This document shows positions 35,491 to 44,454 of a stretch of DNA of 64,000 nucleotides, piece by piece (position 1 is the stretch's first letter; each line of letters begins with the position of its first letter). The notes beneath the pieces are model-generated. The model worked only from the letters and a program-made list of their open reading frames with translations, did no database searches and was not told the origin of the DNA. Made by a program: the position numbers and the translations under genes. Source of the stretch: an uncultured Christensenellaceae bacterium (lineage in GTDB: Bacteria; Bacillota; Clostridia; Christensenellales; MGBC116941). The stretch is from contig CAJUEF010000007.1 in NCBI GenBank assembly GCA_910585035.1, forward strand, positions 1,039-65,038, written 5' to 3'.

Positions 35491-36396
35491 ATGGATAAAT
35501 ATGCCAGAATAAGAGATAATAATTTAAAAGAACAAACAAGACGCTTCGGTCAGGTAACTAATGAATTTGCCGATATAAGAGAGCTGATAACCACAAGAAA
35601 AGAGCTGCAAAGCGGCTTTGACCTTGTTTTAAGCAGCGACGAGGATTTCACAGCATACACTAAAAAAATCCGCAGTATAAACGCCGATATAAGAAAAGCC
35701 CTTGAAAAGCACGGGCTGCCTGCAAATTATTTGGAGCCTATATTCAACTGCACTATATGCGAGGATAAAGGCTATTATTATGAAAACGGTGTTACTCCAA
35801 AGCGGTGCAAATGCAATACCGACCTTGGCTTTGGCTGCTCCTTTGATGATTTTAATAAAGAGCTGTTTTCAAAGGAAAAACCGGAGGGACGAAAAACATC
35901 CCCACATGAGCATATAAGCGCCACTCTTGCCTTTGCAAAGGAATACTGTGCGAGGTTTCCAGACAACATAAAACCAAACATCTTGTTTTACGGCTCCAGC
36001 GGTCTTGGCAAAAGCTTTCTTGCATCATGTATATGCAGCGAGCTGAAAAATCGGGGATTTTTCCCCGTTAAAGTCAACGCCTTTAAGCTTATAGAGGACT
36101 TTCGGGATAAACACGTTAAAGATATTCCGTATCCTGCCGATTATTATGGATGTGACTTTCTTGTAATTGATGATATTGGCACCGAGCCTTTGTATAACAA
36201 CATCACCGTTGAATATCTCTTTGCCCTTATTAACGAACGCATTGAAAATAAAAGGGCAACTCTTTTCGTCACAAACCAGTCCTTTGAAAACTGCTGCAAA
36301 CGCTATGACGAGCGGCTGGCATCAAGAATGTTTGACAGCATGATGACAGAGCGGATTGCATTCTTTGGCGAAAATCTTAGGCTTAAGAAGAAATAA
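35491..36396 (+). CDS. dnaI: Primosomal helicase-loader ATPase DnaI (DnaC/IstB-like AAA+)
   Basis: N-terminal Cys cluster CTICEDKG..KRCKC, Walker A GSSGLGKSF, Walker B FLVIDDIG. Confidence 0.85.
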   Translation: MDKYARIRDNNLKEQTRRFGQVTNEFADIRELITTRKELQSGFDLVLSSDEDFTAYTKKIRSINADIRKALEKHGLPANYLEPIFNCTICEDKGYYYENGVTPKRCKCNTDLGFGCSFDDFNKELFSKEKPEGRKTSPHEHISATLAFAKEYCARFPDNIKPNILFYGSSGLGKSFLASCICSELKNRGFFPVKVNAFKLIEDFRDKHVKDIPYPADYYGCDFLVIDDIGTEPLYNNITVEYLFALINERIENKRATLFVTNQSFENCCKRYDERLASRMFDSMMTERIAFFGENLRLKKK

Positions 36397-36465
36397 ACAT
36401 ATGTTTTTATTCTATTGCAAATAATCAAAATCCGTGTATAATTGCTTTATAAAGGAGGCGATATT

Positions 36466-36579
36466 ATGTATAAATGGGTTTGCCTTGTCTGTGGATACGT
36501 CCACGAGGGTGACGAGCCCCCTGAGGTTTGTCCTGTCTGCAAGGTTCCTTCGGACCAGTTTAAAAAAGCTGACGAGTAA
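36466..36579 (+). CDS. Mini-rubredoxin-type protein (37 aa), absent from the ORF track
   Basis: MYKWVCLVCGYVHEGDEPPEVCPVCKVPSDQFKKADE has two CxxC knuckles. AAAGGAGG RBS 7 nt upstream. Confidence 0.7.
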   Translation: MYKWVCLVCGYVHEGDEPPEVCPVCKVPSDQFKKADE

Positions 36580-36662
36580 GAAAGCTTTATTTTAAAACAG
36601 AAAGCACAACATATTCCCCCTTTTTGCGACATATTATTAAGGTAGCAAAAGGGGGTTTTTTT

Positions 36663-37238
36663 ATGTCAAAGCATTTTTGGGTCATACTTATTTTATTTGG
36701 CATCGCCGTTTCCCTGTTTTCCGGAACCACGGAAGAAACGGCAATGGCGGGAGTTGAAGCGGGAAAAACCGCGGTAAATTTGGTTATAGGCGTTGTAGGC
36801 GGCTTTGCCTTTTGGATGGGGCTTATGAACATTGCGAAAAAAAGCGGCCTTGTGGGGATTCTGGCAAGGGCACTAAAGCCTGTGATTTTATTTCTTTATC
36901 CCGAAACAAAAAACAATAAAGAAGCGATGGAAAATCTTTGCCTGAATATGAGCTGTAATATGCTTGGTCTTGGCAACGGCGCCACTCCCGCAGGTCTTAA
37001 AGCCATGAAATCCTTACAGGAAAAGAACAAGGAAAAGCAAATCGCAACCAATGCCATGTGTATGTTGCTGGTTGTAAACGCTTCCTCCGTTCAGCTCCTG
37101 CCAACCTCTATAATCACTTTAAGAAGCACTATGGGCAGCCCTGACCCTGCATGCGTTGTGCCTGCCATTCTCATTGCAACCGCTGTATCAACTATATGCG
37201 GTATTATAGCTGTAAAGCTGTGTGAACGTCTATGGTAA
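36663..37238 (+). CDS. spmA: Spore maturation protein A (nucleoside-recognition membrane protein)
   Basis: Typical SpmA N-terminus (..FGIAVSLFSGTTEETAMAGVEAGKTAVNLVIGVVGGFAFWMGLMNIA..). Overlaps spmB. Confidence 0.85.
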   Translation: MSKHFWVILILFGIAVSLFSGTTEETAMAGVEAGKTAVNLVIGVVGGFAFWMGLMNIAKKSGLVGILARALKPVILFLYPETKNNKEAMENLCLNMSCNMLGLGNGATPAGLKAMKSLQEKNKEKQIATNAMCMLLVVNASSVQLLPTSIITLRSTMGSPDPACVVPAILIATAVSTICGIIAVKLCERLW

Positions 37239-37741
37239 ACAACATCATTTTATTTATGATTGCCGGAATTATCATATACGGCATATATACGGGTATAGAC
37301 GTTTACGGCGCCTTTGTGGACGGCGCAAAAGAGGGTCTGCAAACAACTGTGCGGATATTCCCTTATATGATTGCCCTTATGGTAGGAGTTACCATTTTCA
37401 GAACGTCGGGAGCCATTGAGCTTTTAAGCAAAGTATTCGCACCCTTGTTCACCCTTTTAAGACTGCCTAAGGAAACCCTTCCCCTTGCCATCTTAAAGCC
37501 GTTTTCCGGCGGCGCATCCATAGGTATACTTGCGGATATTTACGCCGCCTACGGTACAGACAGTTATATAGGGCTTATAGCTTCTGTAATGATGGGCTCT
37601 TCCGAAACAATTTTTTACACCGTTGCACTGTACTTTGGCTATGTCGGCATTAAAAACACCCGTTATACCGTTATGTGCGCTTTTATTGCCCAATTTGCAG
37701 GAATGATGGGCGCCCTTATCGCTGTAAACCTGCTTTTTTAG
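37232..37741 (+). CDS. spmB: Spore maturation protein B
   Basis: 169-aa membrane protein (..VYGAFVDGAKEGLQTTVRIFPYMIALMVGV..), immediately after spmA. Confidence 0.85.
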   Translation: MVNNIILFMIAGIIIYGIYTGIDVYGAFVDGAKEGLQTTVRIFPYMIALMVGVTIFRTSGAIELLSKVFAPLFTLLRLPKETLPLAILKPFSGGASIGILADIYAAYGTDSYIGLIASVMMGSSETIFYTVALYFGYVGIKNTRYTVMCAFIAQFAGMMGALIAVNLLF

Positions 37742-37791
37742 TCTTGTATAATGCATGAAAAATATGGTATTATAATTAAATAGAATTTATT

Positions 37792-37824
37792 CGCATATAA
37801 GGACCTCATCTGTCCTTATATGCG
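37792..37824 (+). other. Perfect 13-bp stem-loop between spmB and metG
   Basis: CGCATATAAGGAC-ctcatct-GTCCTTATATGCG with no clear U-tail. Lies 34 nt upstream of the metG start. Confidence 0.6.
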
Positions 37825-37857
37825 CCTTTAATATAAGCGAGTAAAGGAGAAACCAGC

Positions 37858-39804
37858 ATGAGTGAAAAATTTTATATTACAACGCCGATTTACTATCCAA
37901 GCGACAAACTTCATATAGGACATGCCTATGCAACTGTAAATACAGATGCTATCGCACGCTTTAACAGGCTGCTTGGCAAAGACGTTTGGTTTTTAACCGG
38001 AGCGGATGAACACGGGCAGAAAATACAGCGCAAGGCAGAGGAAAAGGGCGTGACTCCTCAGGAGTATGTAGATGAAGTGGTTGCAGGCATTCAGGAGCTT
38101 TGGAAGCTAATGAATATCAGTAATGACGATTTTATCCGCACTACACAAAAGCGTCACAGCGATGCTGTTATGAAAATATTTAAGCAACTCTATGATAAAG
38201 GTGACATATACAAAGATGAATACGAAGGGCTTTACTGCACCCCTTGCGAATCCTTCTGGCTGGAACGCCAGCTTAAGGACGGCTGCTGCCCTGACTGTGG
38301 ACGAAAGGTGGAAAAGGCAAAGGAAGAAAGCTATTTCCTGCGCACCAGCAAATATGCAGACAGGCTCATAAAATATATTGAAGAACATCCTGACTTTATT
38401 GAGCCCGCTTCAAGGGCAAAGGAAATGATGACAAATTTCTTAAAACCGGGGCTTGAGGACCTTTGTATTTCCAGAACGTCCTTTTACTGGGGAATTCCTG
38501 TGGATTTTGACCCTAATCACGTTATATATGTATGGCTGGACGCTCTTTCAAACTACATTACTGCTCTTGGCTATGGCAGCGATGATGATTCCATGTACCA
38601 AAAACTGTGGCCGGCAGACCTCCATGTCGTAGGAAAAGAGATAATCCGTTTTCATACTATCTACTGGCCTATAATTCTTATGGCGCTGGATTTGCCTATG
38701 CCTAAAAAGATTTTCGGTCACGGCTGGCTCACTATTGACGGGGGTAAAATGTCTAAAAGCAAGGGAAATGTGGTTGACCCTAAACTGCTGGTAGACCGAT
38801 ACGGTGTAGACGCTATCCGTTACTTCCTGCTTCGTGAAGTGCAGTTTGGCGGTGACGGCGAATTTACAAACGAAGCCCTGCTTAATAGGATTAATTTTGA
38901 CCTTGCCAACGACCTTGGCAATCTAGTATCCAGAACCGCATCTATGATAGAAAAATATTTTGACGGTATTATTCCATCTATGGGTGAAAAAACAGATTTT
39001 GACCAGGAGCTGGAGGAGAGCTTTTCCCAATTAAAGGTGGATGTTACCAAACTTATGGATAAATACAAAATAAATGAAGCCTTAACTGAGATATTCAGGG
39101 TTATAAGCGTTTGTAATAAATATATTGACCTTACAGAGCCTTGGGTGCTGGCAAAGGACAAAAGCAAGAAAAATATCCTTGGCAACGTCATGTATCACCT
39201 TGCTGAATCCCTTAGAATTATCAGCATTTATTTAACTCCGTTTTTACCTGACACAGCAGTTGAAATTCGCCGTCAGCTAGGTATTGGCGAGGAAATGAAC
39301 ATGTTTGCGGACGTTGACTTTGGTAAAGAAATCATGGGGGCTAAAGTGACTAAAGGCGAAGCCCTTTTCCCAAGAATTGATATACCAAAAGAACTGGAAG
39401 ATCTGGAAAAACTTAAGCCTGCAAGTGCACAAAAGAAGGAAGAAGAACCGAAAACAGTAAACAGGGAAAGCAAGCCGGAAATTACAATTGATGATTTCGC
39501 AAAGCTGGATTTACGCCTTGGAAAAGTGCTGGAATGCGTACCTGTTGAAAAGAGCGATAAGCTTTACAAGCTTCAGGTAAAAATAGGCAGCGAAACAAGA
39601 CAGGTGGTATCAGGCATAAAGAAGTTCCTTTCTCCTGATGACATAATAGGAAAAACTGTTGTTGTTGTATACAATTTAAAGCCGGTAAAACTACGGGGCG
39701 AAATGTCCTGCGGTATGATACTTGCAGCAAGCAACGATGATGACACTTCTCTTTCCCTTATAACTACAGACAGGGAAATGGAAGACGGCCTTGGTGTGCG
39801 CTAA
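37858..39804 (+). CDS. metG: Methionyl-tRNA synthetase with C-terminal tRNA-binding domain
   Basis: HIGH (HIGHAY), KMSKS, and Zn knuckles CTPCE..CPDCG. C-terminal EMAPII-like domain (..DLRLGKVLECVPVEKSDKLYKLQV..). Confidence 0.95.
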   Translation: MSEKFYITTPIYYPSDKLHIGHAYATVNTDAIARFNRLLGKDVWFLTGADEHGQKIQRKAEEKGVTPQEYVDEVVAGIQELWKLMNISNDDFIRTTQKRHSDAVMKIFKQLYDKGDIYKDEYEGLYCTPCESFWLERQLKDGCCPDCGRKVEKAKEESYFLRTSKYADRLIKYIEEHPDFIEPASRAKEMMTNFLKPGLEDLCISRTSFYWGIPVDFDPNHVIYVWLDALSNYITALGYGSDDDSMYQKLWPADLHVVGKEIIRFHTIYWPIILMALDLPMPKKIFGHGWLTIDGGKMSKSKGNVVDPKLLVDRYGVDAIRYFLLREVQFGGDGEFTNEALLNRINFDLANDLGNLVSRTASMIEKYFDGIIPSMGEKTDFDQELEESFSQLKVDVTKLMDKYKINEALTEIFRVISVCNKYIDLTEPWVLAKDKSKKNILGNVMYHLAESLRIISIYLTPFLPDTAVEIRRQLGIGEEMNMFADVDFGKEIMGAKVTKGEALFPRIDIPKELEDLEKLKPASAQKKEEEPKTVNRESKPEITIDDFAKLDLRLGKVLECVPVEKSDKLYKLQVKIGSETRQVVSGIKKFLSPDDIIGKTVVVVYNLKPVKLRGEMSCGMILAASNDDDTSLSLITTDREMEDGLGVR

Positions 39805-40574
39805 TGTGGTTTGATACTCATACCCATCTTTCCGACGAGTGCTTTAACGAAGTCCGCGAAAATATTATTGCATCTTTTGAAAAGGATGAAATTTGCGGCG
39901 TTATTGATGCAGGCACCAATTTTGAGGACAGCAAAAGAGCTATTGAAAATGCAAAAGCCCATCCTGCCGTATACGCTGCCGTGGGCATCCATCCCGATTT
40001 TATAGGTAAACTGGAAAAAGGCTATCAGGATGAGCTTTTAAGGCTTGCCCGCTCCTCAAAAAAAGTGGTTGCCATTGGTGAAATCGGTCTTGATTATCAC
40101 TATGATGTTGACCCACGAGAATACCAACAGAAAAAAATGATTGAAATGGCAGAGGTTGCAAAAGAAGCAAACCTCCCTATTATAATTCATGACAGGGACG
40201 CCCATAACGACGTAATGAATATAATAAAAAATAACTGTAAAGGTGTTTGCGGCGTGCTCCACTGCTTTTCAGGCAGCTATGAGATGGCAATGGAAGCAAT
40301 AAAGCAGGACTTTTATATATCCATCGGCGGACCTATAACCTTTAAAAACGAAAAGAAGCTTAAAGAAATGGCGCCAAAGCTGCCTCTTGACCGTTTGCTT
40401 GTGGAAACTGACTGTCCGTGTCTTGCTCCTGTGCCCGTGCGCGGCACAATGAACGTGCCGGCAAATATTAAATATACGGGACAGGTTCTTGCAGACTGTA
40501 TTGGTATGAGTGCAGACAAGGTGGCAGAAATAACCACAGCAAACGCAAAACGACTTTTTAAACTGGAGGACTAA
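39804..40574 (+). CDS. tatD: TatD-family metal-dependent hydrolase/DNase
   Basis: WFDTHTHL, GEIGLDYHY, IIHDRDAH, HCFSG and ETDCP motifs. Confidence 0.9.
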   Translation: MWFDTHTHLSDECFNEVRENIIASFEKDEICGVIDAGTNFEDSKRAIENAKAHPAVYAAVGIHPDFIGKLEKGYQDELLRLARSSKKVVAIGEIGLDYHYDVDPREYQQKKMIEMAEVAKEANLPIIIHDRDAHNDVMNIIKNNCKGVCGVLHCFSGSYEMAMEAIKQDFYISIGGPITFKNEKKLKEMAPKLPLDRLLVETDCPCLAPVPVRGTMNVPANIKYTGQVLADCIGMSADKVAEITTANAKRLFKLED

Positions 40575-41173
40575 TGAATACTTACATCTATGAATACGGA
40601 GATAACCTATATATAAATTTATCCAACACCTGTACTAATGACTGCGTCTTTTGCGTCCGCAGGCAGCAAAGTATTATGGGCGGACTTAACCTTTGGCTAA
40701 GTGAAGACGCACTTGCAAAGGATGTTATTGCTGATTTGGAGCAAAAAGACCTTTCAAAATATGCAATGGTTGTTTTTTGCGGATACGGAGAGCCAACCTC
40801 AAACATAGATGCGCTTGTTGAAGTAGGTAAATACCTTAGAACTAAAGGAGTTACCGTAAAGCTCAACACCAATGGTCAGGGCAGCCTCTATCATGGTCGG
40901 GACATTATTCCGGAAATTGCCCCATACATAGATATTGTTTCAATCAGCTTAAACGAATGCAGTGCAGAGAGCTATAACAAGGTTAGCTGCAGTGAATACG
41001 GCGAGCAAGCCTTTGATGCTGTAATTGCTTTTATAAAGGGCTGCGTAAAGGCTATTCCAAAAGTTGTTGTAACTGTGGTGGATATAATACCGGAGGAACA
41101 TATTGAGCAGTGCAAGACTCTTGCAAATGAGCTGGGTGCAGAGCTGCGTGTCCGCAATTATACCAAATACTAA
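40574..41173 (+). CDS. Radical SAM protein, TatD-associated family
   Basis: CTNDCVFC cluster motif. The start overlaps the tatD stop (TAATG). Confidence 0.7.
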   Translation: MNTYIYEYGDNLYINLSNTCTNDCVFCVRRQQSIMGGLNLWLSEDALAKDVIADLEQKDLSKYAMVVFCGYGEPTSNIDALVEVGKYLRTKGVTVKLNTNGQGSLYHGRDIIPEIAPYIDIVSISLNECSAESYNKVSCSEYGEQAFDAVIAFIKGCVKAIPKVVVTVVDIIPEEHIEQCKTLANELGAELRVRNYTKY

Positions 41174-41178
41174 GACTT

Positions 41179-41889
41179 ATGGAGCGGATAGACGATTTGC
41201 AAATAAAGGGTCTGCATATAATTCAGGATACAGACCTTTTCATGTTTGGAACGGACAGCGTACTTCTTGCTGATTTTGCCCGGGTAAAAAAAAATACCGA
41301 TGTGCTAGATATTGGCACAGGCACAGGTGTTATTTGCTTTTTGCTTTACGGCAGATGCAGCAGCGCAAAATATACAGGTATAGACATCCAGCCACGGGCT
41401 ATTGAGCTGGCAAAAAGAAGCAAGGCTTTAAACGGCATTGACGAGGGCATTGAATTTATCTGTACAGACTTAAAAGACTTTACCAGAAAAAACAGTTACG
41501 ATTTAGTCTGTACCAATCCTCCGTACGAAAAACTGGGAACCGGATTTACAGGCGGGAATGAACACGTTATGAAAAGCCGCTATGAAACAGCTTCAACCCT
41601 TTTTGATATAATATCCTGCGCTGCCCGCAATTTAAAGCCTAAAGGCAGGCTTTGCATGGTATACAAGGCGGAGCGCATAGCCGAGCTTACTCTCGCCCTT
41701 AGCGCTCACGGGCTGGAACTAAAGGCACTACGGACTATTCAAAAAAACGCTGCAAATCCGCCAAGACTCATTCTCGTTGAAGCAATAAAGGGAGGCAATT
41801 GCGGCGTTAAGTGGCATGCGCCTCTTATAATGTATGATAACGGCGGTAAACTTACAGATGAAATGAGGAGAATATATAATGGTGGGTAA
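41179..41889 (+). CDS. SAM-dependent N6-adenine methyltransferase (tRNA m6A37 TrmN6/YfiC-like)
   Basis: SAM motif LDIGTGTG and catalytic NPPY (CTNPPYE). Confidence 0.75.
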   Translation: MERIDDLQIKGLHIIQDTDLFMFGTDSVLLADFARVKKNTDVLDIGTGTGVICFLLYGRCSSAKYTGIDIQPRAIELAKRSKALNGIDEGIEFICTDLKDFTRKNSYDLVCTNPPYEKLGTGFTGGNEHVMKSRYETASTLFDIISCAARNLKPKGRLCMVYKAERIAELTLALSAHGLELKALRTIQKNAANPPRLILVEAIKGGNCGVKWHAPLIMYDNGGKLTDEMRRIYNGG

Positions 41890-42700
41890 GCTGTATCTTG
41901 TATCAACTCCCATAGGAAATATGGGTGATATTACGTTGCGCGCTATAGAAACTCTTAAAAATGTGGATATTGTTCTTGCCGAAGATACAAGAGTAACCGG
42001 CAAACTCCTATTTAATCTGGATATAAAAAAGCCTCTTATAAGCTACCATGAACACAGCAGCGGCAAACGCCATACAGACATCCTTGAGCGAATAAAGAGC
42101 GGCGAAAACGCCGCTCTTTGCAGTGATGCAGGTATGCCCTGTATATCCGACCCGGGGCAACAGCTTGTAAAGGATGCCATTGAAGAAGGAATAACCATCA
42201 TTCCAATTCCCGGAGCAAACGCCATGCTTACAGGGCTTATTGCAAGCGGAATTTCCACAAACTGTTTCACCTTTATGGGCTTTTTCCCCCGCAAAAAGAG
42301 AGAAGAAGAAATGCGCCGTGTGTCCTCATCTTTGTCCACTCTTGTGTATTACGAAAGCCCTATGCGGATTGTTGACGCAGTAACTGCTATTGCTCAGATT
42401 ATGCCGGAAAGGGAAATAGTTATTGCCCGTGAACTTACCAAGCTCCATGAAGAGTTTATCCGCGGAACCACAAAAGATGTACTGGAAAACTTAAAGAATA
42501 GAGACAGCATAAAGGGAGAAATGGTTATTATCATTGCTCCGTCAAATCCCGAAACCAAAGAAATTACCGACAAGGAAATTGAAGATCATTTAAAAACCAT
42601 GTTAAGTAACGGCGAAAGCCTGAAATCTGCCGTTAAAACCGTGTGCGAGCTTTACGGCTTAAATAAAAACCACGTTTATGATTTAGGCAAAAAATTGTGA
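41879..42700 (+). CDS. rsmI: 16S rRNA (cytidine1402-2'-O)-methyltransferase
   Basis: GKLYLVSTPIGNMGDITLRAIETLKNVDIVLAEDTR is the RsmI signature. Confidence 0.9.
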   Translation: MVGKLYLVSTPIGNMGDITLRAIETLKNVDIVLAEDTRVTGKLLFNLDIKKPLISYHEHSSGKRHTDILERIKSGENAALCSDAGMPCISDPGQQLVKDAIEEGITIIPIPGANAMLTGLIASGISTNCFTFMGFFPRKKREEEMRRVSSSLSTLVYYESPMRIVDAVTAIAQIMPEREIVIARELTKLHEEFIRGTTKDVLENLKNRDSIKGEMVIIIAPSNPETKEITDKEIEDHLKTMLSNGESLKSAVKTVCELYGLNKNHVYDLGKKL

Positions 42701-42711
42701 AAGAAGCTAAA

Positions 42712-43269
42712 ATGAATAACAATCTGCAATTTGAAGAAATAACAAAATCATACAAAGGTCTTAAAGAAATAAAAGAACTTTATTTTGCCTCTTTTCCAAA
42801 AGAGGAACGTATGCCCTTTTGGTATATAGTAAGAAAGACAGCTTTTGACATGGTGGATTTCCTCGCAGTATGTGACGGCGATGATATAGTAGGTATGTCT
42901 TATATAATGAAAAAGGATGACCTTGTATATATACAGTATCTTGCCATAAACGGTAAACACCACTCAAAGGGCTATGGCAGCCGCACTCTTGACGGTTTAA
43001 AAGAGCGTTACTCCGGCTGTCGTATTATTCTTGAAATTGAAGAAATGAATTCCTTGTCAGAAAACTTTGACCAGCGCCTTCGCAGAAAAGCATTTTATGA
43101 AAAGAACGGATTTAAAGAAGCTGGCATTATACTTGACGAGTTTGGAAATAAATATGAATTTTTTAACTTTAACGGTGAATTTACCATTAAAGAATACCAT
43201 GAACTGGTTAAAAAATTCCGCGGCGCTTTTATTTATTTTTTTACAAAGCCAAAGGTATATTTTAAATAA
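42712..43269 (+). CDS. GNAT-family N-acetyltransferase
   Basis: ..YLAINGKHHSKGYGSRTL.. is an acetyl-CoA-binding motif-A-like segment. Start is ATG at 42712, or GTG at 42697 overlapping the rsmI stop. Confidence 0.65.
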   Translation: MNNNLQFEEITKSYKGLKEIKELYFASFPKEERMPFWYIVRKTAFDMVDFLAVCDGDDIVGMSYIMKKDDLVYIQYLAINGKHHSKGYGSRTLDGLKERYSGCRIILEIEEMNSLSENFDQRLRRKAFYEKNGFKEAGIILDEFGNKYEFFNFNGEFTIKEYHELVKKFRGAFIYFFTKPKVYFK

Positions 43270-43325
43270 CCTCATTAATTTTTCTTTTACTTTACGATGG
43301 GGTTAATTAGTGATAAAATTTAAGT

Positions 43326-44372
43326 ATGTATATTACCAGCTTGCACATAAAAGGCTTTAGAAACTTAAAGCCGGAAATATTTGCGCCATCCAAAGGCTGC
43401 AATGTCATCCTTGGTCATAATGCTCAGGGAAAGACTAACCTTTTGGAAGCAATATATTACTGTGCCTTTGGCAAAAGCCACCGTCAAAAAACTGACGAGG
43501 GGCTTATTTCTTTCGATTCCCAGTTTGCCTCCCTTAAATGCTATTATTTAAGAGACGAGCTTCATCATAACATAAACGTGCAGCTTAACCATGGTCAGAA
43601 AAAAATAGCCGTAGATGGCTCTGCAATAAAAAAGCGCAGCGAATTAATTGGAAAGCTTCCTGTTATTATGTTCTGTCCCGAGGATTTAAACATCGTTAAA
43701 GGCAGCCCCGGTGAACGCAGAAAGTACATGGATAGAGGGCTTTCCCAATTATATCCCCGTTATTTTGAATCACTTAGTAAATATTACGCAGCTCTGAAAA
43801 ACCGCAATGCAGATTTAAAGACCGGTGGAAAATCCCTGGAAGCATGGAACGAACAGCTAAGTAAATACGGAACGGTTATAAATAAATTTCGTCAAAAATA
43901 TATTGAGGATATATGTGCAAAGGCAGCAGGTATTCACAGATATATGGTAATAAAAGAAAAAATATCCCTTGCACTTAACATTGACACTCGGCTATTAGAA
44001 GAACAAAGCTATATTAGAGCCCTTGAACAAAGCCGTGAAAAAGATTTAAAGCTTGGCATAACCACCATTGGTCCCCATAAAGATGACGTGGAAATAACTA
44101 TTATGGGCAAAGAAGCAAAACTCTTTGGGTCTCAAGGGCAACAGCGCACCATTGCTCTTTCCATGAAGCTTGCCGAACTCAAATACATTGAAGCCCACAT
44201 CGGAGAAAGTCCGGTGCTGCTTTTAGATGATGTTATGTCTGAACTTGACAAGGCAAGGCAAAGCCGTCTTATGTCTCAAATTGATGGCATACAATCCTTT
44301 ATTACCACAACTCATATGGAGCTGGCTCATACGGGAGATATATATACAATGCGTAAAGGCAGTATCACTTAG
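43326..44372 (+). CDS. recF: DNA replication and repair protein RecF
   Basis: Walker A GHNAQGKTNLLEAIYY, signature FGSQGQQRT, Walker B LLLDDVMSELD. Confidence 0.9.
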   Translation: MYITSLHIKGFRNLKPEIFAPSKGCNVILGHNAQGKTNLLEAIYYCAFGKSHRQKTDEGLISFDSQFASLKCYYLRDELHHNINVQLNHGQKKIAVDGSAIKKRSELIGKLPVIMFCPEDLNIVKGSPGERRKYMDRGLSQLYPRYFESLSKYYAALKNRNADLKTGGKSLEAWNEQLSKYGTVINKFRQKYIEDICAKAAGIHRYMVIKEKISLALNIDTRLLEEQSYIRALEQSREKDLKLGITTIGPHKDDVEITIMGKEAKLFGSQGQQRTIALSMKLAELKYIEAHIGESPVLLLDDVMSELDKARQSRLMSQIDGIQSFITTTHMELAHTGDIYTMRKGSIT

Positions 44373-44400
44373 CCATATGGCTAAGTGATACTATTTTTAA
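44361..44400 (+). terminator. Terminator formed by a perfect 32-bp palindrome overlapping the recF stop
   Basis: AGTATCACTTAGCCAT|ATGGCTAAGTGATACT at 44361-44392, followed by ATTTTTAA. Confidence 0.75.
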
Positions 44401-44454
44401 AGCTTAATATACAATTGAAAAACAACAAATACCCATGATATTTAAAATATTTCT

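Noticed and set aside
33988-36396. Plasmid or phage replication module (DnaD-domain initiator plus DnaC-like loader with iterons)
   Set aside because: The sizes (~475 and 301 aa), the order and the 9-nt spacing match the chromosomal Firmicute dnaB-dnaI operon. No integrase, partition or phage genes lie nearby. The repeats belong to a family dispersed across the window.
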